A stretch of DNA of 63,660 nucleotides from Acidimicrobiales bacterium (lineage in GTDB: Bacteria > Actinomycetota > Acidimicrobiia > Acidimicrobiales > VFJN01), in the NCBI GenBank assembly GCA_046598715.1, contig JBKJIE010000097.1:1-63660 (forward strand), in the 5' to 3' direction. Positions 56,258-63,660 of the stretch are shown piece by piece. A program made the translations under genes and the position numbers. How positions within the stretch are numbered: the first letter of the stretch is position 1; every line of letters begins with the position of its first letter. Under the pieces are notes generated by a model that was not told the DNA's origin, did no database searches, and saw nothing but the letters and a program-made list of their open reading frames with translations.

Positions 56258-57475
56258 TCAGCTGACGGGCGGGTCAGGCTCCTCGTCGGCGCCGTCGAGC
56301 ACCACCACGGCCGCAGCAGGGGCCACGCGTGACAGGTCCGCGCCGCGGGCCGTCGCTGGACCGACGAGGACGATCGGTCGACTGACGCGGGTGGCGAGCT
56401 CGCGCACCGCCTCCTCACCTGCTTCGGCACTGGGCGCATCGAGCCCGAGCTCGCGCCAGAACGCCAACCACCGCTGCTGGAAGTGATGGAGGACGACCTC
56501 CGCGGTCCGCACGCCCACCGTCTCCCCAGCGAGCAGACGAGCATCCTCGTGCTGGGGATCGAATCGCCGCACGACCTCGTCGAGCTCCGCGATGTCCACC
56601 CCTTCGCCGGCCAGCTCCTGCCAGGCCTTCTCCGCCACCCGAACGTCTTCCTGCGCACGATCGCGGCGTGCCTCGAGCAACGTCTGGTCCTCGCCACCGC
56701 GTGGTTGGAGTTCCCGGCCGCTGAAGATCTCGTCGGTCGATGCCGAGATCTGGGACAAGAGGCTCGATGCCTCCTCGCGGCCGGCAAGGTCGTCGTCGTC
56801 GGCCTCAACGCTCGGCTGGAGGTGACGGAGCGCCCACAGCGATGAGGCGAGTGCTGGGAGGAGGGCCGCCCAGAGCGGGATCCCGAACCCGAGCAGCACG
56901 AGTCCGAGCCCGAAGGACGCCAAGATCAGCCCGATCGCACGCGAACGGCGCGCCCGCAGCGACGCTCGCACCCGCCGTGCCATCTCAGCCTCCCGCTTCG
57001 CGGCCGTGTTCCCCGCCTCAGCGGCTGCCGCCTGGGCCGCCGACCGAGCTCGCTCCGCAGAGCGCTCGACCTCGGTCGCGTGGTCGGCCAGCGCCTGCTC
57101 GGCGGCCGCGAGGTCGTTGCGGGCCGCCTCCACCGCCGCGGCGCGGTCGCGGATGGTCGTTGGGTGCACAGCCAGGCCGGCACCAGTGCTGGCCAGGCGA
57201 TGACCCACGTCCAAGACAGCCCTCTCACGGGTGCGGGCCGCGATGCGATGCGCTCGGGCCACGCGGCGGGCCAACCCCTGGAGGGTGGTCAAGGTCGGGA
57301 CGTCGACCAGGGGAAGGGCGCTGCGCTCGGCCAGGGTGGCGTCGGCCTGCGGGAGCGTCGCGCAGAGATCGGCCCGCATGCTCACGGCCATCGAGCCTGC
57401 TCGCTTCAGGGGCTCGACCTCCCGCAGGATGTGCAGACCGGGGCCCAGGTCGTCATACGTCGCGTGCGGTCCCAC
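56258..57475 (-). CDS. Hypothetical membrane protein with a coiled-coil region
   Basis: Long GC3-biased frame. Ala/Arg/Glu coiled-coil stretch, two TM helices (AIGLILASFGLGLVLLGFGIPLWAALLPAL) and an acidic linker. No family recognised; the start is uncertain. Confidence 0.55.
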   Translation of the reverse strand: MGPHATYDDLGPGLHILREVEPLKRAGSMAVSMRADLCATLPQADATLAERSALPLVDVPTLTTLQGLARRVARAHRIAARTRERAVLDVGHRLASTGAGLAVHPTTIRDRAAAVEAARNDLAAAEQALADHATEVERSAERARSAAQAAAAEAGNTAAKREAEMARRVRASLRARRSRAIGLILASFGLGLVLLGFGIPLWAALLPALASSLWALRHLQPSVEADDDDLAGREEASSLLSQISASTDEIFSGRELQPRGGEDQTLLEARRDRAQEDVRVAEKAWQELAGEGVDIAELDEVVRRFDPQHEDARLLAGETVGVRTAEVVLHHFQQRWLAFWRELGLDAPSAEAGEEAVRELATRVSRPIVLVGPATARGADLSRVAPAAAVVVLDGADEEPDPPVS

Positions 57476-57500
57476 TGCGGTGGCAGGTTACCGGGAGCAA

Positions 57501-58400
57501 TCAGGACAGCTGAGCAAGACGCTCTCGGAGCTCCGTGCGGTCGTAGATGGTGTCGATCCGATCGATCACGGTGCCGTCACCTCGGGCGAGCACGAGGCAC
57601 GGCTCGAACTGGAGGCCGAGGGGCGCGATGGCCGGCGCGTAGGTGTTCAGGTCCTTGTGGGGGTCGGCGTAGACCTCAGCGTGGATGAACCGGACGCCGG
57701 GATAATCGGCACGCACGTCGAGCAGCACGTCGAGCACCGGGCCACAGATCGCGATCTGGCAGAACGCGGGCGATGCGACGAGGAGCGCGACTGGTGCGCC
57801 CTCTGCCAGCGCGTCAGCCACCGTCACGTCGTGGAGGGGGCACACGGGGTCGCGCGTGCAGATGGGGTTGACGCCGCGGGCGTCGGCGGTGGTGGGGGTG
57901 GCGATGGGCGGCAGCGCGCTGCCCACCTGGATCGCCGGGACGTCAGCGGGCGCATCGATCTTGACGGACATCTCCGCGGCCGACCCTGCGATCGTCGTGC
58001 GGGCGGTGTAGATCCCGGGGGCCTCGAAGGTCGCCAGCAGCGGGAAGTAGGCGCGCGGCAGTCCGTCGGCGTGTCGCTCCACCACGCTCGGCTGGCCGAG
58101 GCTCTTGCCCTTCGGATCGAACAGCTCGACGGTCAGCTGCTTCGGCGTGCGGGCGACGGGCAGCAGCCCATCGCCGTCGGCCACGCCGAACGGCAGGCGG
58201 GCCTCGCGGCCGGGCACGAACATCGGCCCGCCGAAGAACTGGGCCAGCGCCAGCCCACGACTGGCATCGGTGGTGGCCGTCGTGGCCGTCGCGGCGCCAT
58301 CGCTACCACCGCACGCTGCGAGCAGCGTTGCTCCAGCGACTGCGGTGCTCCCGGCGAGGAACTGCCGACGGCTGAGGGGTGGCCAGGACGGGGTGGGCAC
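57501..58400 (-). CDS. Tat-signal lipoprotein of unknown function
   Basis: SRRQFLAGS twin-arginine motif, then lipobox LLAAC. The C-terminal part has an AFCQIAICGP motif. Confidence 0.7.
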   Translation of the reverse strand: MPTPSWPPLSRRQFLAGSTAVAGATLLAACGGSDGAATATTATTDASRGLALAQFFGGPMFVPGREARLPFGVADGDGLLPVARTPKQLTVELFDPKGKSLGQPSVVERHADGLPRAYFPLLATFEAPGIYTARTTIAGSAAEMSVKIDAPADVPAIQVGSALPPIATPTTADARGVNPICTRDPVCPLHDVTVADALAEGAPVALLVASPAFCQIAICGPVLDVLLDVRADYPGVRFIHAEVYADPHKDLNTYAPAIAPLGLQFEPCLVLARGDGTVIDRIDTIYDRTELRERLAQLS

Positions 58401-58422
58401 CGGGCGAACCTATCCTCCGTGG

Positions 58423-60030
58423 ATGGTTGAGACCGGTCGCCCGTCGTTGCAGCTCGAGGTGGACGGTCAGCAGGTGGAGGTGGCCGACCTCGGACAGTCG
58501 CTCCTGGCGCTGCTTCGTGAGGACCTCGGCCTGCGGTCACCCAAGGACGGTTGCAGCCCCCAGGGGCAGTGCGGTTGCTGCACCGTGCTGGTCGACGGGC
58601 AGCCGCGCGTGGCCTGCGTGACCCCCGCGCGCCGGGTGGCGGGGCGATCCATCACCACCGTGGACGGGCTGGCCGACGACGTGCAGCGGCGGTGGGCCGA
58701 CGCGTTCTCGGCCACCGGCGCCAGCCAATGCGGGTTCTGCACCCCCGGGATCATCTGTCGGCTCGAGGGGCTGCGAGCGAAGCAACCCGACGCCGGTCCC
58801 GCCGCCGTCGAGCAGTCACTGCTCGCCCACCTCTGCCGCTGCACCGGATGGCGCACCATCCTCGACGCCTGGGATGTCGGATCTGTGGAGACTGAGCCCC
58901 GCATGGCGGGGTTCAGCCTCCACAGATCCAGCAACGACCTCGCATCGACCCGAGCCAGCCTCGAGGGCGGCGTGCACCAGTCGGTCGGCCCGGACGTCGC
59001 GCTGGGCCGCGGCGGCTTCGCCGACGACGCGGCCCCTGCCGACGCCCTGGTCGCTGTGCCGGATGGCGCGGGCGGGTGGGCCGTCGGCGAGACCGTGGCC
59101 GAGGCTCGCGCCGCGGCCGGCAAGGTGCAGGGCCGACGCACCACGGTGGATGCGCGCCCGCCGCTCGACCCGCCAGCCGGCCACTGGGACGCCGCTCACG
59201 AGACGGGCCACTGGGATGCCGTGCTGCGCACGAGCTGGGTCGAGCCGGCGTACCTGGAGCCCGACGCCTCGTGGTGCGCGCCGGGCGGCGAGCCCGCCTC
59301 GCCTCTCGCGAACGGCGGGGCCTTCGGCGGCAAGCTCCACTCCCCCGTGGTGGCCGCCGCGCGCGAGCTCGCAGACCGACACGGTCGAGCCGTGCGCGTG
59401 CTGCTCGATCGTGAGGACTCGGTGCGGCTCGGGCCGAAGCGCCCGCCGGTAGCCGGGGGTGCGCTGGCCGACGGCACGGGCGTGCTCCGCGTGGCTCGCA
59501 CCCCGGGCATCGCGGCAGCCATCGCGCTCATGGCTCCTGGGCTGCGCGTCGACGAGATCGATGTGCCGGGCCCGCCCACCTCCGCCGCACTCCGAGCCGC
59601 CGGTTGGGGGGAAGCCGCCGTCCTCCTGGCCGGCGCACGCGGCACCCACCTACCGGTCACCGATCCCCACAGCGGCGCGCGCGCCCACGCCGAGATCGTC
59701 GACGGCACCGTGCATGTGCACGTGCAGGCGGGCGAGGTGCTCGACGAGGTGGTCCTGCGGTCGTACTGCATCGGCGCTACGCACATGGCGCTGTCGTGGG
59801 TGAGCGCAGAGGGCATCGCCGTCGACGATGCAGGCGAGGTGCACGACCTCACGATCCGCTCGTTCGGTGTGCTCCGAGCCGTCGACACGCCGCCCATCGA
59901 GATCGAGATCGAAGCGAGTGCTGGTCCGCCGGTCCGGGGCTCCGATGCCGTGTTCGTCGCGGTGGCCGCCGCGGCGTGGCTGCACATCGGTTGCCCACCT
60001 GACTGGCCCACCGGCACCCGCTGGCGCTGA
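58423..60030 (+). CDS. Fused (2Fe-2S)-binding / truncated molybdopterin-subunit-like oxidoreductase (xanthine dehydrogenase / CO dehydrogenase family)
   Basis: N-terminal CSPQGQCGCCTV plus CGFCTPG...CRCTG clusters. Then family motifs AYLEPDA, GGAFGGK, RAVRVLLDREDS and a C-terminal PPVRGSDAV. The ATG at 58423 gives 535 aa. Confidence 0.75.
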   Translation: MVETGRPSLQLEVDGQQVEVADLGQSLLALLREDLGLRSPKDGCSPQGQCGCCTVLVDGQPRVACVTPARRVAGRSITTVDGLADDVQRRWADAFSATGASQCGFCTPGIICRLEGLRAKQPDAGPAAVEQSLLAHLCRCTGWRTILDAWDVGSVETEPRMAGFSLHRSSNDLASTRASLEGGVHQSVGPDVALGRGGFADDAAPADALVAVPDGAGGWAVGETVAEARAAAGKVQGRRTTVDARPPLDPPAGHWDAAHETGHWDAVLRTSWVEPAYLEPDASWCAPGGEPASPLANGGAFGGKLHSPVVAAARELADRHGRAVRVLLDREDSVRLGPKRPPVAGGALADGTGVLRVARTPGIAAAIALMAPGLRVDEIDVPGPPTSAALRAAGWGEAAVLLAGARGTHLPVTDPHSGARAHAEIVDGTVHVHVQAGEVLDEVVLRSYCIGATHMALSWVSAEGIAVDDAGEVHDLTIRSFGVLRAVDTPPIEIEIEASAGPPVRGSDAVFVAVAAAAWLHIGCPPDWPTGTRWR

Positions 60031-60090
60031 CGCCGATCGCCGACGAGCCGCGCCGCGCGGGCCATGGCGGGGCACGCGAGACTGGCCGAC

Positions 60091-60447
60091 ATGTCGAAGC
60101 CCGTCGGTCCGTACACACCCATCGTCCGCGCCGGTGACTGGCTCGTCGTCTCCGGTCAGGTCGGGATCGCGGACGGCAAGCTCGTGAGCGGTGGCCTCGA
60201 GGCCGAGCTGCGACAGGCCGTGGCCAACCTGGCCGGCCTCCTCGCCGGTGAGGGCGCGTCGCTCGGCGACGTCACCAAGACCACCGTGTTCCTCCGCCAC
60301 CTGGGGGTCGACTATCCAGCGATGAACGAGGTCTACTCCGAGCTGTTCGGCGACCACCGGCCAGCTCGTTCAGCGATCGGTGTGGCCGACCTGCCGTTGG
60401 GTGCGCTCGTAGAGCTGGAAGCCTGGGCCTACCTCGGGGCAGGATGA
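60091..60447 (+). CDS. RidA-family (YjgF/L-PSP) protein
   Basis: MSKPVGPYTP...SGQ.G......G......Q...NL...L...G....V.K.TVFL...PARS...V..LP.GALVE. The track start is 60064. Confidence 0.9.
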   Translation: MSKPVGPYTPIVRAGDWLVVSGQVGIADGKLVSGGLEAELRQAVANLAGLLAGEGASLGDVTKTTVFLRHLGVDYPAMNEVYSELFGDHRPARSAIGVADLPLGALVELEAWAYLGAG

Positions 60448-60451
60448 GGGC

Positions 60452-60607
60452 ATGCTCGGCGCCGCGATCCTCGTCGTGATCCTGATCATCGCCATCCCGG
60501 TGTCGGTCTGCATGACCGGCGCGGTGGTGGCCGGCATCCTCGGCTGGAGCCTGAAGGACAACGGCGAGCAGACCCACGAGGGCAGCGAGCTCATCGAGCT
60601 GAGCTAG
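60452..60607 (+). CDS. Possible small membrane protein (51 aa, absent from the ORF track)
   Basis: My translation is MLGAAILVVILIIAIPVSVCMTGAVVAGILGWSLKDNGEQTHEGSELIELS. It starts 4 nt after the ridA stop, has GC3-rich codons and one to two hydrophobic helices. Confidence 0.4.
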   Translation: MLGAAILVVILIIAIPVSVCMTGAVVAGILGWSLKDNGEQTHEGSELIELS

Positions 60608-60636
60608 CCGCTGCCCCAAGCGCCACAACCGGACGA

Positions 60637-60681
60637 CCCTGCGGCAGACGCTCGGGGAAGCTTCCGAGCGCTGCCGCAGGG
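60637..60681. terminator. Strong GC hairpin at a convergent junction
   Basis: ccctgcggcag(a)cgctcgg-ggaagctt-ccgagcgctgccgcaggg: 18 bp with one bulge, between the small ORF and the DUF5995-like gene. Confidence 0.5.
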
Positions 60682-60706
60682 GCCGGCGGGGTGGGGATCG
60701 TTGGGG

Positions 60707-61756
60707 CTAGCCGTGCGTGGCGCAGAAGCTGTCGCGCACGCTGGCGCCGGAGGTGAAGGCGCTCCCGAGCAGGCCGTGGCTGAGGTTGACCATGCGGTCG
60801 GCCTGCGCTTGGGCGGTGCTGGCGGGCGGGGCGCCGAGGAGCGAGAGCTGTGTGAGCGCAGCCTGCGCGTTGACGGGCGTGTACGCCGTGGCCACGATCA
60901 GGAGGTTGGCCTCGATGGCCGCGCCCCGCTCGATGTTCGAAAGCACCATCAGCCGGTCGGCCTCGGTGGGTGCGTTGACGAGCGCCTCAGCGTTGCGCCA
61001 CGCCTGCTCCCGCCAGCCGGTGAGGATCTGCAGCATGGCGGTCTCGTCCATGGTGGTCCCGTCGATCTGGCCGTCGTCGACGGTCGGGTCGAATCGGGCG
61101 GCCGCCTCGTCGATCAGGGGCTGCATGACGGTGTTCAGGAACTGGTTGACCTTGTCGTGGTCAGGCTTGCGGGAGGAGCCATCCGGCTTCACCAGCCCGA
61201 TCTCTGACAGCACGATCGGCAAGTCGCGGTTCACGTGGGCCGACATGCCGAGCAGCAGGTTCCCGAGCCCGGCGACCTTGCGCTGGTCGGCCTGCTGGAA
61301 CGCGATCTGCCACGACTGTGAGACCGCCGCGAGGTTGCCGTGCCGGTAGGCGTCCCACGCATCGAAGTAGAAGCTCGCGAAGACGGCGTCCTGGTGGTTG
61401 ATGAACGCCGGGTCCGTGAAGAACCCAGGCGCGGTGGCCGATCGGCGGTACTCCTCCGTGGTGCGAAGGTACGTCAGCGCGAACATCGCGTTGTGGTCGC
61501 ACGCGGCAGCCAGCGGGTTGAACCGCTTGGTCATCTCCTTGATGACCGAGTCAACGCACCTGATCCGACCGGACGTGCAGTCGTTGGCGCTCGACGGGTC
61601 GTACCCGGTGGTGAAGCTGGGGAGCTGGTCAGTCCACGGGATGAACAGCGGCTCGTCGGCAGTGGCCGGCGAGGCGCCCAGGGCGGCGGTGGCGAGCAGT
61701 GCCCCCACGACAACGGCCAGCAACCTGATCCCGGAACGCCTCGCCGAAAACTGCAT
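60707..61756 (-). CDS. Secreted DUF5995-like protein
   Basis: Signal peptide (LLAVVVGALLATAALGASPATA). The LLGMSAHVNRDLP motif is recalled from DUF5995. The ATG at 61756 is preferred over the TTG at 61771. Confidence 0.65.
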   Translation of the reverse strand: MQFSARRSGIRLLAVVVGALLATAALGASPATADEPLFIPWTDQLPSFTTGYDPSSANDCTSGRIRCVDSVIKEMTKRFNPLAAACDHNAMFALTYLRTTEEYRRSATAPGFFTDPAFINHQDAVFASFYFDAWDAYRHGNLAAVSQSWQIAFQQADQRKVAGLGNLLLGMSAHVNRDLPIVLSEIGLVKPDGSSRKPDHDKVNQFLNTVMQPLIDEAAARFDPTVDDGQIDGTTMDETAMLQILTGWREQAWRNAEALVNAPTEADRLMVLSNIERGAAIEANLLIVATAYTPVNAQAALTQLSLLGAPPASTAQAQADRMVNLSHGLLGSAFTSGASVRDSFCATHG

Positions 61757-61884
61757 GATCGCCCTCCACAAGCGGTGATTCCCTCACCACCGATGGTGCT
61801 GGAAGGACGCCGTCTCGTGAATGGCTCGGAGGGATGGTTGTCGCCGCCCGATCGGGCTAGTCAGCCCTGATCACCGCTGGGCGC

Positions 61885-62565
61885 TCAGACGCCCCAACGG
61901 GACTGGCCGAAGCGGTAGCCGACGCTGCGCACCGTCTGGATGAGGTTGGCGTGCTCCTCGCCGAGCTTGGCTCGGAGCCGCCGGATGTGGACGTCGACGG
62001 TGCGGGCGCCGCCGTAGTACTCGTAGCCCCACACCCGCGACAGCAGCGTCTCCCGGGTGAAGACCTTGCCGGGGTGCGACGCCAGGAACTTCAGGAGCTC
62101 GTACTCCATGTAGGTCAGGTCGAGCGGCTTGCCGGCGATGGCGGCCTGGTAGGTCTCGAGGTTGAGCACGAGCTCCGCGTACTCCACGAGCTCGGGCCGG
62201 GTGCCGGTGCCCGTGCGCCAGAAGAGGTGCTTCATGCGCGCTTCCAGCTCGCGGGGCTGGAACGGCCACAGGCAGAAGTCGTCGAAGAGGTCGTCGCGCA
62301 GCTCGAGGTCGGCGAGCTGCCCGCCGGACACGAGCAGCAGCAGCGGCTCCATGGGTACGTCGCGCTTGCGCAGCGCGCGGCACAGTGCGAACGCTCCCTC
62401 CGGATCGGCAGCGGCCACCACCACCGCGCCCGACCAGCCGTCGTCCGGCTCGGCCGCGGCCGCTGCGGCCTCGTCGGTGACGCCCTTCCACGGGTAGCCC
62501 GCGAGGTCGAGCGACTGCGCCAGCTCCGGCGGCACCGGATCGGGGTAGATGAGGAGAGGTTCCAT
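61885..62565 (-). CDS. glnR: GlnR-type orphan OmpR-family response regulator
   Basis: Atypical receiver, then the winged-helix LDLTYMEYELLKFLASHPGKVFTRETLLSRVWGYEYYGGARTVDVHIRRLRAKLG. It lies 15 nt upstream of glnA. Confidence 0.8.
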   Translation of the reverse strand: MEPLLIYPDPVPPELAQSLDLAGYPWKGVTDEAAAAAAEPDDGWSGAVVVAAADPEGAFALCRALRKRDVPMEPLLLLVSGGQLADLELRDDLFDDFCLWPFQPRELEARMKHLFWRTGTGTRPELVEYAELVLNLETYQAAIAGKPLDLTYMEYELLKFLASHPGKVFTRETLLSRVWGYEYYGGARTVDVHIRRLRAKLGEEHANLIQTVRSVGYRFGQSRWGV

Positions 62566-62580
62566 GGCGCGCCGCCGAGG

Positions 62581-63660
62581 TCAGAGCCTGGGCAGGTACC
62601 GATCGAGCTCGAACTGGCTGACCTGGGTCTTGTACTCCTGCCACTCCGCTCGCTTGTTGCGGATGAACCACTCGAAGACATGCTCGCCGAGTGCTTCGGC
62701 GACGAGCTCGGAGCGCTCCATCTCGTCGAGGGCCTCGGCCAGAGAGCCGGGCAGGACGCCGATGCCCTCCGCCAGCCGCTCCTCCTCGGTGAGCTGATAC
62801 AGGTTGGCCGACGTCTCCGACGGGAGCTCGTAGCCCTCCTCCACCCCCTTCAACCCAGCCGCCAGCACGACGGAGAAGGCCAGATAGGGGTTGCAGGAGG
62901 GGTCGGGGGCGCGGAACTCGATGCGGGCCGAGTCGGCCTTGCCCACCTTGATGGGCGGCACGTTCACCACCACTGAGCGGTTGTTGCGCGCCCAGGACAC
63001 GTACACCGGCGCCTCGAACCCGACGACGAGGCGCTTGTAGGAGTTCACCCACTGGTTGGTGACCGCTGCGATCTCGCGAGCATGCGTGAGCACGCCGGCG
63101 ATGAACCCCCGGGCCACCTTGGACAGGTTGCGCTCGTCGCCCGGGTCGTAGAAGGCGTTCGTGTCGCCCTCGAACAGCGAGAAGTGGGTGTGCATGCCCG
63201 AGCCCTGCACCGAGGCCAGCGGCTTCGGCATGAAGGTGGCGTGCACGCCTGCCTCCAGCGCCACCTCCCGCACCACCAGCCGGAAGGTCATGACGTTGTC
63301 GGCCATGGTGAGCGCGTCGGTGTAGCGCAGGTCGATCTCGTGCTGGCTGGGACCGTCCTCGTGGAACGAGTACTCGACGGGAATGCCCATCGCTTCGAGC
63401 ACCTGGAGCGTGCGCTTGCGGAGGTCGCTGGCGACGTCGGCGGTGGTGAGGTCGAAGTAGCCGCCGGTGTCGAGCGGCTCGAGCGGCTTCTTGGGATCGC
63501 CGGATCCGAAGTAGAAGAACTCCATCTCGGGGGCGACCATGAACTGGAAGCCCTTGTCGTGGGCGCGATCGAGGTTGCGCTTGAGGACGTTGCGCGGGTC
63601 GCCCTCGAACGGCGTGCCGTCGTGGTTCATGATGTCGCAGAACATGCGCGCCGAGACGTC
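62581..63660 (-). CDS. glnA: Glutamine synthetase (type I), N-terminus beyond the window
   Basis: EMEFFYF, HEDGPSQHEI, MPKP...GSGMHTH and NRS..VNVP motifs. The frame stays open to the window edge. Confidence 0.92.
   Translation of the reverse strand, partial: DVSARMFCDIMNHDGTPFEGDPRNVLKRNLDRAHDKGFQFMVAPEMEFFYFGSGDPKKPLEPLDTGGYFDLTTADVASDLRKRTLQVLEAMGIPVEYSFHEDGPSQHEIDLRYTDALTMADNVMTFRLVVREVALEAGVHATFMPKPLASVQGSGMHTHFSLFEGDTNAFYDPGDERNLSKVARGFIAGVLTHAREIAAVTNQWVNSYKRLVVGFEAPVYVSWARNNRSVVVNVPPIKVGKADSARIEFRAPDPSCNPYLAFSVVLAAGLKGVEEGYELPSETSANLYQLTEEERLAEGIGVLPGSLAEALDEMERSELVAEALGEHVFEWFIRNKRAEWQEYKTQVSQFELDRYLPRL

Overview
This is a very GC-rich, gene-dense chromosomal segment, with third codon positions almost all G/C. 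Gene content and synteny point to Actinomycetota, possibly an Acidimicrobiia-like lineage. I support about 60 protein genes, one tRNA-Pro(CGG), five copies of a palindromic REP-like element, one in-gene tandem repeat and several intergenic hairpins. Most other long ORFs in the six-frame track are Arg/Pro/Gly-rich shadow frames of the real genes. Functional themes: (1) Acyl-CoA and ethylmalonyl-CoA metabolism: ccr with an epimerase, meaA/ecm, pccB with an unlisted epsilon subunit, hbd, two acyl-CoA dehydrogenases and a family III CoA-transferase. (2) NHEJ parts: a stand-alone LigD-type polymerase and a LigC-type ligase, with no Ku in the window. (3) A heterodimeric ABC exporter. (4) The ask-asd pair. 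(5) An ECF sigma factor with a putative anti-sigma factor. (6) A conserved actinobacterial block of STAS, an ArsA-like ATPase pair, NfeD, WhiB, PBP1A, FxsA, an MBL hydrolase and RidA. (7) An Fe-S carrier trio (Mrp, an ArsR-like regulator, ErpA). (8) glnR next to glnA. I found no integrase, transposase, CRISPR array or obvious foreign island. The most unusual signals are: a roughly 45-bp perfect-hairpin repeat family confined to intergenic spacers and showing compensatory stem changes; a degenerate GGDEF-like gene translationally coupled to the B12 mutase; a half-size fused 2Fe-2S/molybdopterin-like protein; a 9-bp tandem repeat inside the anti-sigma-like gene; phased CGTGGT hexamers next to a LuxR-STAND regulator; and a decayed cupredoxin fragment. 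All family assignments come from motif recognition by eye, not database searches.
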